Shown here piece by piece: positions 45,251-58,100 of a stretch of 64,000 nt of DNA. The notes beneath the pieces were generated by a model that made no database searches, was not told the DNA's origin, and saw only the letters and a program-made list of their open reading frames with translations. The position numbers and the translations under genes were made by a program. Source of the DNA: TPA_inf: Saccharomyces. Lineage: Eukaryota. The DNA is taken from assembly GCA_000146045.2 (NCBI GenBank), contig BK006934.2, positions 352,001 through 416,000 of the forward strand. Direction: 5' to 3'. Position 1 is the stretch's first letter. Each line of letters opens with the position of its first letter.

Positions 45251-46990
45251 ATGAGTGAGACCAGCTCAAGTCGCAGGAGCGCGAGTAAAGACGCTGTCAA
45301 ATCTTACTTCGCAGGCAAATACAATAAAGTGTTGGATTCTATACTGGAGGCAGAAGCAGCAATATCAAAATCGCCAACTGTAGCAGAAGATCTATCAGGA
45401 AGCTCCTCCAGCGGAAATTCTGAGATGAGCCATCCTTCGCTAACCGCCTCCTCCGCAACAAGCCAAGGCATTAGCAAAAAGGAACTACTCCAACAAATTG
45501 CTGGTTCATTATTCAGTACGTCCATTGAGCGCCTGAAGACTGCCCACTCATCAGAAGTATCAAGTACTCCGGAATATTCAGTAAATGATTCGTATGGAGA
45601 GCAAGAGTGCAGGGAGTGCGATGGTGTTTTCAAGTGTTCAGCGCACTTTGAGGGCGCGCCCGAATATTATGACGATGAAACCGAATCAGGGCCAGCTCTA
45701 GAACCTATGACTTCCAATAGTGAAAAAGATCCTTTTATCGATGTATTTTTGGATAAACTAATATCGAGGTTGGTCCCTGAAAAGCTACCAGAAAGAGAGC
45801 ATTTTAGTAGCAAAACCACCATTGAGCATGATCTAGACACAGGAAGGGTTCCCGTGTTTTCAGCAACTACATTGGGTAGTAATTTCAAAAAATTGTCTAA
45901 GAAAATGGGCTCAATATTTGAACTCCAGGACTCCATAGTTCGACTGCTGACTTGGAGAAACCCTACCGGGACGGTGACGTCGTTAATATTATTCACTTTG
46001 ATATGTTTTAATCCAATGTACTTGGTAATTTTGCCTATATTCCGCTTTGTCTATGGTATTGTAGTTCCTGGCTATGTGCGTAAACATCCTTTACAAAGGA
46101 GTATATATCCTCTGAAACGGAATCACGGATCATCATTGTTATATGATGTGTGCTATGAGGGAAAAAATGAGTACAGCTACGGTCAACAGTTTTTCTCCAA
46201 ATCTTTTATGGACACTTTGGAATCAAGAAATCAAGAAATAGACGAAATATCAGAATTAGATAAAAGAACCGAAAACACAGGGGAATTGAAACAAGGAATG
46301 AAAGTACTAATTAATTTACGCGATATGCAAAACATGACCTCTGGTACCCTTCATGTTATTGAGGCAATCAATAGTTTTCTTCGTAAGTCTTCTAGTTTTC
46401 AAAACGAAGAGTGCTCCACTAAACGTTTTTTTACAGGATTTCTTTTGATTGTTTTCTTAAAAATATTATCACCATTTGTGAATTGGAGCTATGTATGTAG
46501 CATATTCGCCTGGTGCTTACTGATATATATGCATCCAAGAGCTCATCCAAAAATAATAAGTTTTTTCAAAACAGGAACAATGGGAAAAGAATACAAAAAC
46601 TTGAAAAAAAGAGAACACCAGGCGCTTAACATGATATTCGATGAACAACCGGAAACTAAATTCATCGAGATTTTTGAAATATATAAAAAGGCCTTACTGC
46701 CGAACGACTGGAAGTTTTTCCGATATTCAAATAGAATTTTCGATCCTCAAGATCCGTATAGAAGAGCACAGCAATTCCCACCGGGAGTAGATTCTTTGGC
46801 TGATGTTATTCCCCCCACAGGCTGGTCATTTGATCCTAATTTTGAGTGGAAAATTGACAATGATGTGGATAGGTGGGTGGTAGAACGTGGGTTGAATCTG
46901 CCAATTACCGGCGAATTCTTATTTGATCCAATGTTCAAGAGGAGGAGACTGATACATCGTGTTATTAAGAATGCAACACCAGTAGCATAA
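45251..46990 (+). CDS. PEX28: Peroxisomal integral membrane peroxin (579 aa)
   Basis: A 579-aa ORF with a central dysferlin-like or TM region (TVTSLILFTLICFNPMYLVILPIFRF). Size and position match PEX28. Confidence 0.8.
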   Translation: MSETSSSRRSASKDAVKSYFAGKYNKVLDSILEAEAAISKSPTVAEDLSGSSSSGNSEMSHPSLTASSATSQGISKKELLQQIAGSLFSTSIERLKTAHSSEVSSTPEYSVNDSYGEQECRECDGVFKCSAHFEGAPEYYDDETESGPALEPMTSNSEKDPFIDVFLDKLISRLVPEKLPEREHFSSKTTIEHDLDTGRVPVFSATTLGSNFKKLSKKMGSIFELQDSIVRLLTWRNPTGTVTSLILFTLICFNPMYLVILPIFRFVYGIVVPGYVRKHPLQRSIYPLKRNHGSSLLYDVCYEGKNEYSYGQQFFSKSFMDTLESRNQEIDEISELDKRTENTGELKQGMKVLINLRDMQNMTSGTLHVIEAINSFLRKSSSFQNEECSTKRFFTGFLLIVFLKILSPFVNWSYVCSIFAWCLLIYMHPRAHPKIISFFKTGTMGKEYKNLKKREHQALNMIFDEQPETKFIEIFEIYKKALLPNDWKFFRYSNRIFDPQDPYRRAQQFPPGVDSLADVIPPTGWSFDPNFEWKIDNDVDRWVVERGLNLPITGEFLFDPMFKRRRLIHRVIKNATPVA

Positions 46991-47267
46991 TGCACAATTG
47001 TTTTCCTTCACCTACAACCCCACCCCTCTTCTTGGGGAAATCATTGTATTACGTACTTTTTTCCTAAAGATATTAGAAAAAAAAATGTTATGTATCAATA
47101 TTACTAGGTAAAATACAAAAATGCGCTTTTGAAGTATAAATAATACAGTTTTGTTTTAAGAAATGCTATATATGAATTAATAATAAATGAAACGAAAAAA
47201 AGCACTACTTGAGTTTTAATGTCGTAAAACTTGAGAAAATTCTAAAGTGTCAGAAAAAAAGTGATTT

Positions 47268-48848
47268 TTAAGAAGGGACACCTTCTAGCTCGGATTTAGA
47301 GATTTTATTGATAACTCTTCTCCAATTTTTTCTATTATCATAAATGGGGACCCTCAATACACTCAAGTAAACGACAATACACAGTAGGGCAAAGGAACAG
47401 ACTGACGCAGGGACCATCATTGTTACGAAATTTCTCCTAGAAATGACTTTTTCATATGGGCAACTAGCATAAGGACCACCACTTACCCAACAATTGCTTA
47501 CTGATATAGAGTTCAAATCTATCCATATTTGTGTGTCAGAGAAGGAGGAATTCCTCATATATGCAATAAACGATCTCTGCTCCAATGGGCTTCTAGGAAT
47601 ATTAAATGAATACTGATCGGGACATTTAGATCCCTGGTAACTATCAAAATCAAAGTACGTAGCCTTATTTGATCTCACCAACCATCGGAATGCCATATTT
47701 TCATATCTACAGAGCCCAATATTAGAATTGTAACAGTTACCTACTCGCCATGTTACTGTCTCATTGTTAGCAAAGTAGTACAAGAGAACGCAATTGTAAG
47801 CCTCTAAGGTCCCGGATGAGCTGCCAGATTTAGAAGTTGACTGAGTAACTGAAGGTTGGTCACTATCCCATGACCAAACGCTGCCTTCATGAATTATATC
47901 TGCTAACTGCGTCACATTATTGACGTACGCTGAATTGCTTATTATTGGTGATAAACCACACGAAATATACTCTTTGATGTCCACGGAATTGAACAGCGAA
48001 TCTAAGAATCTCCAATGGATAGATGATAAATCAGTCAGACCCTCTACAGTAGAGGGGCAATCTAATGTAGAGTTCCCCTGCTCATAATGAAAGACGTCAT
48101 GAGGAAAAATATATGGAGCAGTAGTTTCATTAAAAAAATCGGTCAGCTCACCTATAACCAGTCTCTTCTTTTGTTCATATAGCACAGAGCCCAGAGTGGG
48201 CCAACCGTCAATGGACGATTTTCCGTAGATGTTCCAGGTATTATTCTTTGCTCTATCACTTTGTAAATCCGTAGGCTTGTAAATGAAACTATTTCCTAAA
48301 TTTTTGTCCAGTATATAAGTAGTGTTCAAAGTTTGGTTTTGGTGGCGGTATTCTGTGGAATCCAGTTCAGGAGCTGATATATTCAGCAACAGTACAATGA
48401 TATTCGCATAGAGGTTGTTTTGTGTGCTGAAGATGAATGACTGTAAAGCAGTTAGAACGTCGCTAAATAACAATGTCGTATCTACCACTCTCAAATCATT
48501 ATTATATTGTTCCAAGTCGAGGACAAAAGCATTTGCTTCGGAGGATAGCATAGATTTGAACAAAGTCAGTAATCTTGTATTATTACCTTCATTTACCATG
48601 CTAGTCTCATTGTTCAACAGAACCCGTCGTAGATTCAAACCAACATACGGCAGCTGGTCTATAGTTAAGTTTCCCATGACATCTCTTTGGGACCTAAAGG
48701 CCACCGTCATTTGAGGGGACATCGTCGGCCAGACAGATGCTGAAACGGTCTCATTCAGATCATCGCCAACTGTCGTAGTAGAGTCAACAGCAGTAACCCA
48801 CGTTCGCAGTGAGGACCATATGATAAATAGGTATATGAGTATCCACAT
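47268..48848 (-). CDS. MTC6: Glycosylated membrane protein, maintenance of telomere capping 6 (526 aa)
   Basis: ORF 47268..48968. The ATG at 48848 (MWILIYLFIIWSSLRTWVTAVDS, a signal) gives 526 aa. Many N-glycosylation sequons and a C-terminal TM segment. Confidence 0.8.
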   Translation of the reverse strand: MWILIYLFIIWSSLRTWVTAVDSTTTVGDDLNETVSASVWPTMSPQMTVAFRSQRDVMGNLTIDQLPYVGLNLRRVLLNNETSMVNEGNNTRLLTLFKSMLSSEANAFVLDLEQYNNDLRVVDTTLLFSDVLTALQSFIFSTQNNLYANIIVLLLNISAPELDSTEYRHQNQTLNTTYILDKNLGNSFIYKPTDLQSDRAKNNTWNIYGKSSIDGWPTLGSVLYEQKKRLVIGELTDFFNETTAPYIFPHDVFHYEQGNSTLDCPSTVEGLTDLSSIHWRFLDSLFNSVDIKEYISCGLSPIISNSAYVNNVTQLADIIHEGSVWSWDSDQPSVTQSTSKSGSSSGTLEAYNCVLLYYFANNETVTWRVGNCYNSNIGLCRYENMAFRWLVRSNKATYFDFDSYQGSKCPDQYSFNIPRSPLEQRSFIAYMRNSSFSDTQIWIDLNSISVSNCWVSGGPYASCPYEKVISRRNFVTMMVPASVCSFALLCIVVYLSVLRVPIYDNRKNWRRVINKISKSELEGVPS

Positions 48849-49433
48849 ACCGTGTCTATAACGATGCGAATGCAAATGAACAAAAGAAAAAGGGAAGAAT
48901 AGAATGGAGATAGTCTTTGAAAAAGCGAGGTTAAAAGCGACTAAAAAATACCAGCAAAAAGGTGACAAATAAAGTTAAACAGGGTGTATCTCACCGTGCA
49001 GCGAACACTTCAATGTGACTTGCTCAGCCAAAGACTCATCAACATTTATGGAAATTTCAATGATTCCCATTGTATTGCCTCTTCCCATTGTGGAAAAAAG
49101 AAAAATGCCAAAATTGCAAACCCTAATTTAAAAGGGTTACAGAAAAAAAAAAGCAGGTCTGAAATGCAGTTCGCCATGGTTAATATCTTTTCCTAATTTG
49201 GAAATATGTAAACAGGGCATCTTTCCTTTTTTTCTCCTAATGAAAATTGTAAGCAAAAGCATGAAACAATACTGCCACAAGAGGAGAATTCCTCCTTTTG
49301 AAGTCTAAAGCGCCATTTCAAACTAGTTTTTAGGAGGTCAGCCAAACGTTCATTCAGATTAGTTACTATCTTGGAATACTTCTAGTAGGAAAACAAAATA
49401 ACATATACAGTAAGAACAATAGAAAACGTATTT

Positions 49434-49955
49434 ATGTCCAACAAGGCAAGTGACCAATCAGCACGCACGGCTTCCATCCTCAAGACTGATATTACCAGAG
49501 AAAACACAATCACCAGAAGCAGCAGCAGCAACAACGACAACTACCATCACCACAATAACATCAATAATTACAATGAATCGGCGAAGACAGGAGAGGACGC
49601 CAATAAAGAGAATATACCTAATTTAGAGGAGGAGATTGCGGCCTTTCGAATTTTTAGGAAAAAAAGCACTTCAAACTTGAAGTCGTCACACACCACTAGC
49701 AATTTGGTAAAAAAGACAATGTTCAAAAGGGATCTTTTAAAACAGGATCCGAAGAGGAAACTCCAACTACAACAAAGATTTGCATCACCGACTGACAGGC
49801 TGGTATCACCATGCTCATTGAAATTGAATGAGCACAAAGTTAAGATGTTCGGAAAGAAAAAGAAAGTCAATCCTATGAAACTGAACTTTAAAGGCAACCT
49901 TGCTGCCGATTCAGAGGATGTAGAAATCGATGAAGATGAGGAGTATTTCTACTAA
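49434..49955 (+). CDS. SPO12: Nucleolar FEAR-network / meiotic division regulator (173 aa)
   Basis: A 173-aa basic/Ser-rich protein. Sequence and length match SPO12. Confidence 0.85.
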   Translation: MSNKASDQSARTASILKTDITRENTITRSSSSNNDNYHHHNNINNYNESAKTGEDANKENIPNLEEEIAAFRIFRKKSTSNLKSSHTTSNLVKKTMFKRDLLKQDPKRKLQLQQRFASPTDRLVSPCSLKLNEHKVKMFGKKKKVNPMKLNFKGNLAADSEDVEIDEDEEYFY

Positions 49956-50085
49956 AAAAATCTGCCTTTCTAGTCATCCAAAAATAGCCAAATGCTACAC
50001 TAAACCAATAAGCAAACGAGTACATAAAGAATAAGTAAATAATAATTCAACAATACCTGATTTTTTTTTTCTTACATTTTTTTTA

Positions 50086-50682
50086 TTATTCATTAAAAGC
50101 AACCACCAAGCTTTCCAAATTATGAAACCTTGATAAAATGGCTTCAAAATCTTGATCTGGAATTCCGTTTTTTTTGAAGAGGTCGAAAATTATTTGCTTG
50201 ATTAGAATTTCAAAATCAATAAACTCGTCCATATCCACGCTGTTCCGTGTCAAACGCTGGTTAGCTTTAAAAGCTAGAAAATATTGATTGTTTTCAACAT
50301 ATCGACTTCTGTCTACTGGTGTAACCTCTGTAATAAAGTAGCGGGCACCCGTTTTCGATGGTCCATTTATTAGATCTAGTGACCTCTCCAATAAGATATC
50401 CCAATAAGCTATTGAGAATTTCAAGCGCGTGAAATTCAAATTTATCATCAGAGAACGATGTGCGGGAACTCCAGGGCTTTTCTGTATTTTCTCATAGACA
50501 TTATTTATCAGTAATTGCAGCTGTGTAACAATAAAATTGACGCCACTTTCTTCGTCTTGTAGCTCCTCGTTAAGCTGCGAAATTAACCTGCTCGTATTCA
50601 CAGTAACACACTTAACCACAGAATGTTCTTCGACATTAGAAATCTCTTGTATTTTTTGTACATCCCAAAAGAATTCAGACAT
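50086..50682 (-). CDS. SPO16: Meiosis-specific ZMM/synapsis protein (198 aa)
   Basis: The 198-aa ORF matches SPO16 in size and position. A URS1-like element lies ~90 bp upstream. Confidence 0.8.
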   Translation of the reverse strand: MSEFFWDVQKIQEISNVEEHSVVKCVTVNTSRLISQLNEELQDEESGVNFIVTQLQLLINNVYEKIQKSPGVPAHRSLMINLNFTRLKFSIAYWDILLERSLDLINGPSKTGARYFITEVTPVDRSRYVENNQYFLAFKANQRLTRNSVDMDEFIDFEILIKQIIFDLFKKNGIPDQDFEAILSRFHNLESLVVAFNE

Positions 50683-50762
50683 TTCTATTGAACCATTCCA
50701 GAAATGTTGTTCCAGAAGTTTATTCTCTTGAACCTTTACACTATTTCGTATTTTCTCGGTTT

Positions 50763-50772
50763 TAGCCGCCCA
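50763..50772 (-). promoter_or_regulatory. URS1-like element (gene-strand TGGGCGGCTA) upstream of SPO16
   Basis: Plus strand tagccgccca, ~85 bp upstream of the SPO16 ATG. Confidence 0.55.
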
Positions 50773-50965
50773 CTTTTCACGCGTTAACAGGGTAAGCTAT
50801 ATCAGATGTGACTTTTCTTTTTCACTCATCTAATGTTGTTTTTCGCGTCACATTTTTTGCCAATAAATAAATACATCACAATGTTCTATATTGTATATTC
50901 AATGGAAGTCATTAGGTTATTGGGCAAGATTTCAAGGAGGTAGCATACTGGTAAATATACGATCC

Positions 50966-53900
50966 ATGAGCACATCACTTCTGTTTGAGCAGCTAAATTT
51001 TTTAATTTTAGTGGCAGCAGAGGCTGAGCTTCCCATCGCTCACTCTACTAGAAAGCTTTTGATGGATAATTCATGCAATAACTGTCAAATATACGAGCTT
51101 TATAACGAAAATTTGAAAGATGTCAAGACGGATAAAGATTGGTTCATGAACAAATTCGGCCCGCAAACAGTACATTTTGTCATTAGTAATACAATCAACT
51201 TTCCTTTTTATAAGATAGTTTATTTCGATCTTTTGATCCCGGTGGTATCACACACTTGGGTCCAGGATTCGGTCAAGACGAAGAGACATTTGAGGACAAA
51301 TATGTATTCACCTAACCCATTTCATTTGCTCCGAGACTGTCAAGTATATATTTCCAAAAGCTCGTTTAATAAGTGTGAATACATATTATACTCTGATTTG
51401 CTTCATTTATTAGGAGGCACTTTAGTCAATTACATCTCAAATAGAACGACGCATGTGATTGTTCAAAGTCCCCAGGACCCGATCATAGCAACGGTCAGTA
51501 AATTGACATTTGGCTCTTTTTCCTCTTCATCGACCAACAAGCACACCGAAAAGCCTTTGAGAGAGTGGAAATTTGTCTATCCAATATGGATATTATATCA
51601 TTTCAAAATGGCGAAGCCCTTGAAGGGCGAGCTTGCTACTTTGTGTGAGCTTGATATGCAGGACACCAGTGAGGAACAGTTATTCGCAAAATGGGAAGAG
51701 GTTATTGGCGATAAGCAGACATCATCATCGCAGCTTACTCTTCATCCAAACAAAACTTTATTCAAAAATCACCACTTTGCTATCTCACCAGATTTAAACT
51801 TTTTCACACCTTTGTATTGGTTTTTGAAAGGATTTATCGAGGATTTGGACGGCAAAGTAACTCCGTTGAGTTTTTCTGACGATCTGAAGTCTGTTTACCA
51901 AGCTTTTCCTGATATTGACTGTTATATCGGCCACTCTGCTAACTCACCGATACTAGAAAAAACCAAAAGCATTAAACCGGAAATTCATGTTGGGAACGTA
52001 AGTTGGTTGTTTTATATGTTTGCGCTGCAAAAATTTACACCTGTATCGCAATGTAAACTTATTCACCAACCATTTCATGCGAAATTATTTACTTCTAAGG
52101 AATTAACAGTCGCGTACACTAATTATTTCGGCTCCCAAAGGTTTTATATTCAGAGGTTAGTAGAAATATTAGGAGGACTTAGCACACCTGAACTAACAAG
52201 AAAAAACACACACTTGATCACGAAGAGTACAATTGGCAAAAAATTCAAAGTCGCAAAAAAATGGTCACTGGACCCGCAAAATGCCATTATTGTGACAAAT
52301 CATATGTGGTTAGAGCAATGTTATATGAATAATTCCAAGTTAAACCCCAAAGACAGTAGATTTCAAAATTTTAAATTGGATGATAACATGGGATGGAATA
52401 TCGGCCAAATAGGAATGGATCATTCATCTCTCCCAACTCCAAAAAACCTATCGATGGTGACTTACGACACGCAATCCATATCAGAGAAGCCGCCTCCCAC
52501 AAATGATCAAATGGATCAAATTAACGATAACACCAATGTATTATCAAAGAAAGATGGTACGCCCATTAGTAGTTTTGAGAACTCAATTGATGAAAAGATT
52601 GACAAATTACAAAAAATATCAGGAGAGGTGGCTGTAACCCATTCTGGAGATTTAGAACGGAGTTTTGTTTCCAGACCTTCAAGGGCAAGTTTTCCAGTAG
52701 TTGACAGTAAAAAATCTAATTTACAAAAGAAAGACTCAAACTCAGATATTAGTATGGAAACAGAGGTTTTCTGTGAAGGACATGAAAAAAGAGAAGAAAA
52801 GGAGTTTACGAAACCTATTACGGAGTATGATGCACCTAAGAAACAAGAAATAAGGGAACAGTCACGCAAGAAGAATGACATAGATTATAAAAAAGAAGAG
52901 GAAGAAACGGAGCTGCAAGTTCAGCTAGGACAACGAACTAAACGAGAGATCAAAACTTCGAAGAAAAATGAAAAGGAGAAAGAAACCAATGAATGTCACA
53001 TTGAAGTAGATCAAATGACGAATGAAAAGCAAGGGGAGGAAAGTACAGGAAAACTGATTTCTACGGAAGACGTCACTTCTAAAAAAGATACAGATAAATT
53101 CTCGCATTTGTTTGAAGGATTATCTGATAATGATGATCACATTAATGACGAAAAACCGGCAGTTAATTCCAAATATACCACACCCAAGACGTCTCAAAAT
53201 ATTACGAGTGGCGTTGATACTCCAACCACCGCGCAAACGCAAGTTTTTATGCCATCAAGTGGCAATTCAAGGTTAGCAAAGACACAAGCTGCGAAGAGAT
53301 TGCATACAGATATTGAATCATTAAATGAATTTCAGAAAAACTTTAAAAGGAAGAGAATTGATAGCGAGGAGATTTCATTGTCCCAAGATGTTGAAAGGTC
53401 AAATAATAACAAAGAACTGGCTACTAAAGCGGAAAAGATATTAGCTAGATTTAATGAACTACCAAATTATGACCTAAAAGCGGTTTGCACCGGTTGTTTC
53501 CATGATGGATTTAATGAGGTTGACATCGAAATATTGAACCAACTAGGTATAAAAATTTTTGACAATATTAAAGAAACGGATAAATTGAATTGTATTTTTG
53601 CTCCAAAGATTTTGAGAACCGAGAAATTTTTAAAAAGCTTAAGTTTTGAACCGTTAAAATTCGCATTGAAACCTGAATTTATTATTGATTTACTGAAACA
53701 AATTCATTCTAAAAAAGATAAACTTTCTCAAATAAATATAAACTTGTTTGATTATGAGATAAATGGAATTAATGAGAGTATAATATCAAAAACCAAACTA
53801 CCTACTAAGGTGTTCGAAAGAGCGAATATTAGATGCATTAACTTAGTCAATGATATACCGGGTGGTGTAGATACAATAGGCTCTGTTCTAAAGGCACATG

Positions 53901-54178
53901 GTATCGAAAAAATCAACGTTTTACGTAGTAAGAAATGCACATTTGAAGACATAATCCCAAATGACGTTTCTAAGCAGGAAAACGGAGGCATTTTTAAATA
54001 CGTACTTATCGTCACCAAAGCTTCACAGGTTAAAAAATTTACCAAACTGATTAATGATCGTGATAAAAACGAAACAATTTTGATTGTTGAATGGAATTGG
54101 TGTGTTGAATCAATTTTTCATCTCAATGTTGATTTTACATCAAAGAAAAATGTTTTGTATCAAAAGAAAAATAACTAA
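50966..54178 (+). CDS. RTT107: Multi-BRCT scaffold for replication-stress recovery (1070 aa)
   Basis: ORF 50891..54178. The ATG at 50966 (MSTSLLFEQLNF...) gives 1070 aa. N-terminal and C-terminal BRCT-repeat regions are present. Confidence 0.9.
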   Translation: MSTSLLFEQLNFLILVAAEAELPIAHSTRKLLMDNSCNNCQIYELYNENLKDVKTDKDWFMNKFGPQTVHFVISNTINFPFYKIVYFDLLIPVVSHTWVQDSVKTKRHLRTNMYSPNPFHLLRDCQVYISKSSFNKCEYILYSDLLHLLGGTLVNYISNRTTHVIVQSPQDPIIATVSKLTFGSFSSSSTNKHTEKPLREWKFVYPIWILYHFKMAKPLKGELATLCELDMQDTSEEQLFAKWEEVIGDKQTSSSQLTLHPNKTLFKNHHFAISPDLNFFTPLYWFLKGFIEDLDGKVTPLSFSDDLKSVYQAFPDIDCYIGHSANSPILEKTKSIKPEIHVGNVSWLFYMFALQKFTPVSQCKLIHQPFHAKLFTSKELTVAYTNYFGSQRFYIQRLVEILGGLSTPELTRKNTHLITKSTIGKKFKVAKKWSLDPQNAIIVTNHMWLEQCYMNNSKLNPKDSRFQNFKLDDNMGWNIGQIGMDHSSLPTPKNLSMVTYDTQSISEKPPPTNDQMDQINDNTNVLSKKDGTPISSFENSIDEKIDKLQKISGEVAVTHSGDLERSFVSRPSRASFPVVDSKKSNLQKKDSNSDISMETEVFCEGHEKREEKEFTKPITEYDAPKKQEIREQSRKKNDIDYKKEEEETELQVQLGQRTKREIKTSKKNEKEKETNECHIEVDQMTNEKQGEESTGKLISTEDVTSKKDTDKFSHLFEGLSDNDDHINDEKPAVNSKYTTPKTSQNITSGVDTPTTAQTQVFMPSSGNSRLAKTQAAKRLHTDIESLNEFQKNFKRKRIDSEEISLSQDVERSNNNKELATKAEKILARFNELPNYDLKAVCTGCFHDGFNEVDIEILNQLGIKIFDNIKETDKLNCIFAPKILRTEKFLKSLSFEPLKFALKPEFIIDLLKQIHSKKDKLSQININLFDYEINGINESIISKTKLPTKVFERANIRCINLVNDIPGGVDTIGSVLKAHGIEKINVLRSKKCTFEDIIPNDVSKQENGGIFKYVLIVTKASQVKKFTKLINDRDKNETILIVEWNWCVESIFHLNVDFTSKKNVLYQKKNN

Positions 54179-55102
54179 AAATGGACACTATATATTACGT
54201 CATCTGACATACGACACTGATAACAAATAAATATATAATAATTATAAAGATGCGTTGTAGAAAATCTTATGTTCAACAAACAACCCACATATGATTAACA
54301 GACCATTTTAAATGTCTAGTTAGAAACAATTATTTGGTACTGTCTTTGAATTAGATTGTTTAATAAAGCATTTCTAATATAGGATACAAAGGGTCAAATA
54401 GTACCGTGAGTAGAATCATTTATTCCACACTTTATCCGCAAACCTTTTAATTTTTCTACAATTTCATGGATAAAAACAGATTCATGGCCAGAATGCGTAA
54501 AGCAACTCTATTGTACAATTTTCCACTCTGAGATATTCACACAGCGGAGAGCCCTTCTACTCAATGCGTCAAGAACAATGTTCCAAACCTAGTGTATTTT
54601 AGGTATATTATTACGAGAGTATCCGCAATGTTAATGACGCAAAATTTAATGGCTCAAGCCAACTACTAACGTTAGTAAGAACTTTTTGATCTAATAATTA
54701 AACAGGTTACATCCATAGATTTACGTCAGAAATCTTAAATAATGTTTACATGCGAACAGTACCAAGATACATATATGTGGAGCGGATGAGAGATAAAATT
54801 GGGTTAAATGGGAAACATTACGGTATGATGCATAATTTTGAGTTTGGGCTTATTATCCTCGTGCGTATTGTATCGTCTCAATATGAGTGAAGATAAATCA
54901 CCTATTACCCGAACTTTGAAGAGAACACTCTGAAAATTTGGTGAATAAGAAAGGGCTGTAGGTATTATTCGCGAAGCTTTCATTTATTGTAGTGAAAACT
55001 AGGGTGACAGAAGCTGATGGTCTGTTCTTCGATTTAGTACTGCCAATTTCAAGTTTTTCACTTCTATAGCTTTGGTATTGGTCATTGTAGAACAATTTTA
55101 TA

Positions 55103-58100
55103 ATGCATGAACACAAAGCGGAGCTACGGCTAATAACCGTTGCACTTAACGAAGCATCCACCGATTCCCCCTCTTTTAGAGCTTCTGTCAATTATTTCCA
55201 TACCAGAATGGAATCTCTGAGTAGTTGGATGCACAGTACTGTGGATTATGTAGAAAATACGTACAAGCCTTCGTTCCAAGACTTCCAAAGAATAAAGGAA
55301 ACACTATTTTCACAGCTGCTCCCTTCTCCTATATTACTCTCCAATGGATTTGTCAGTAACCAGCCATATACTCCCTTGCTTGTAAGAGACTTTACTAGAG
55401 ATGTCAGTGACCTTTCAAATACGGTTATGAAAATAATTTTAGGTGATGAAAACTCACAATACACTGCGGCATTGTCTGCTTTGAGCTCTGATGCTATTAA
55501 CCCTTACTTCAACAAGAGAAAAACTTTTGAATACTACCAAAGGAAGTATGATTCGTTTTTAACTGACTTTTTAGCGGCCACTAATGATGGCAATACTTTA
55601 ATTCCACAAAATCTGCAAAATGAAACATTCAAATTAGTCGATATTAAACACAAATATATAGAAGCTTCCTTGGATTTGACTGAGGCTATTTCGTTAATGA
55701 AAGTTAATTTGGATAAATTCCTGATAGAGACAATAGACATTGTGCGCAAAAATAACGTTATTACTACCAAGGACACCAAGGACGTTATCGACATTACTCC
55801 CGAACTTACGGAAACATTAAAGGATTGGACCGATTGGATAGAAAGTAACCTTCAGACTTTACAAGCATTGTCATCCAAGCTATCTGAAGCTAAGTATGCC
55901 ATTCTGAAGCTCAGCTTGGCAAGAATGAAGCCATCTCGCCTGATACAAGACTATGATTTGAAAAGCATACAAAATTTGAAGTTTAACCTTCCAAAATCGA
56001 TAAGTAACGGAAATAATTCTGAGGAAAAAGGGCTATCGGGTTGGTTGTACATGAAAACTACAGTTGGTCATGATCCGAAAAGAGTTGTGTGGGTAAGAAG
56101 ATGGTGCTTTCTACAGAACAATGTTTTTGGAGTTTTTTCACTGTCGCCTAGCAAAACTTATGTCGAAGAAACCGATAAATTCGGTATATTATGGATAACT
56201 GTAGAATATCTGCCCAAAGAACCTAGAAATTTTTGTTTCAAATTGAGGATTCAAAATCCAAATTGCAAAACAGAAGAAGAAAATACATACATAGATATCA
56301 TCCTGCAAGCTGAAAGTATTGACGAGTTAAAATCGTGGATAAACACCTTAACTTCTCACAAAAGAATCGCATTGTCGATAAAGGAGGAAAACGATCCTCG
56401 TTATCAATTGGCGAGAAAAAAAATTGAACCTCAATTTTTCGAGTTTGCTTCAAGTAGCTCAACGTCAACAGATAAATTATTAACTTCATTTTCCAGTAAA
56501 ACTTTGACATTGGTAGAAGAGCTAAAAAAAAATTATATGTCAGAGGATGATATATACTCTATCATTGATAATAAGGCATACCATCTGAGAGTAATTTCTA
56601 CACCGATAGCCACGCAGTTGACTCATTTGGCTTTATTCTCTACATTTCTATCTGTATCAAATTATTATCCGTGTGCTACCCAGGCAAACACCTGGGGTAC
56701 GGCAAATTGGAATGATTTGTCCTATTTAGTCAATCCACTCAAAGGAAGTTCAGTACACAAGCCAGCCACAGTATCGAATTCTTCCAGGTTTTCCGTTAGC
56801 TACCCCGACTATTATCCATACAGCCTGAAAGTCGATGATATACAATTTAGATCAATTTTCTTTTCAGTGAATCATGATTTTTTACAAGTCCCAAAAGAAC
56901 TTGTTCTTTTAAGATATTCATCGGTGTGGTGCCCGAACAATAAACAAAAATTTGCATCTATGGCTTTTGTTACCCTTAACCACATTTATGTCTATTTAAA
57001 TATTTCAGGCTTTTCATATTTGAGAAGAATAGATTTACTAGATATCGACTCAATCGAATATGATAAAAGCCCAAAACATGTTTCTTCAAGAATGCTGCAC
57101 ATGCAAAGAGGCGATGGACTCAGGTTTAATATGTCCGTCTTTTTTACAGATCGAAGAGCAGTTGCCTCAAAGTTACAATTTCTGATAGAAAATAAGGCAA
57201 TGCATATCCCAAAGGGCGAAAAAGAGGTTTTAGAAATTTTCCAGGAATTAGACGAAGAGATTGAGAACGAAAAAAAAATCATCAAAGATAATTTGTCAGA
57301 ATCAGAACATTATTCAAAAGATTATGATTATCTATTGAAGAGCACGTATGACCATCATTTTGAGAATACTAACGAAACGCCTATGGAATTAATGAGCAGG
57401 AAACTCCGTTTAGAAAGGGAAGCCTGGTGCTACTTTCAAGACAATTTTAAAGTCGGAAGCAAGACGCTATTCCACGTTCTTTTTGGAGACAAATCTCAAG
57501 TTTTTCCAAGTTCACTATTTCTTTGTAAGAAGGGCAGTAACTTGAATAACAATTCATACTGGGAGCGCATTAGGCGCGCGAAAGAAGATGCAAGTTGTCA
57601 ATTTGAACTTTGCCGTAAGTTACAGTTTCAACTGAATCGAACTTCTAATTTTATCAAAGATCTATTATGGTTGAAGGATGACAATGACAACTTCAAATTA
57701 GTTCTTCAGCAGCGTGTGACAAAAATAAAACAAGGTTATTATTTTGAGGTGGAAGAAGGTCCCATTATTGTGAAATTTCCGCTATGCCATCCCTTACTCC
57801 TTCGTGTGAGGTTCATAATTGCAGAATGTATCACCTCTCAAGGAGAGTCCCTCAAAAAATGTGACCTGGCAATACTATATGACTTCAACTATGTTGAATC
57901 TATTGATAAGTTGAATACCAAAGTTGAAAAACTATGGCTTTTTGAAAGAATACACCTCAACTGGGCATTGAGATATTGTAAACTTGAACATTCTGAAATT
58001 AACAGAAAGACGAGGGAATATCTAAAAAAATTCAACGATAGAGAAAAAATGAGTGATGTTATTAAATTGTGTGGATTCCTTGGTGTTTTACCAAAGGAAA

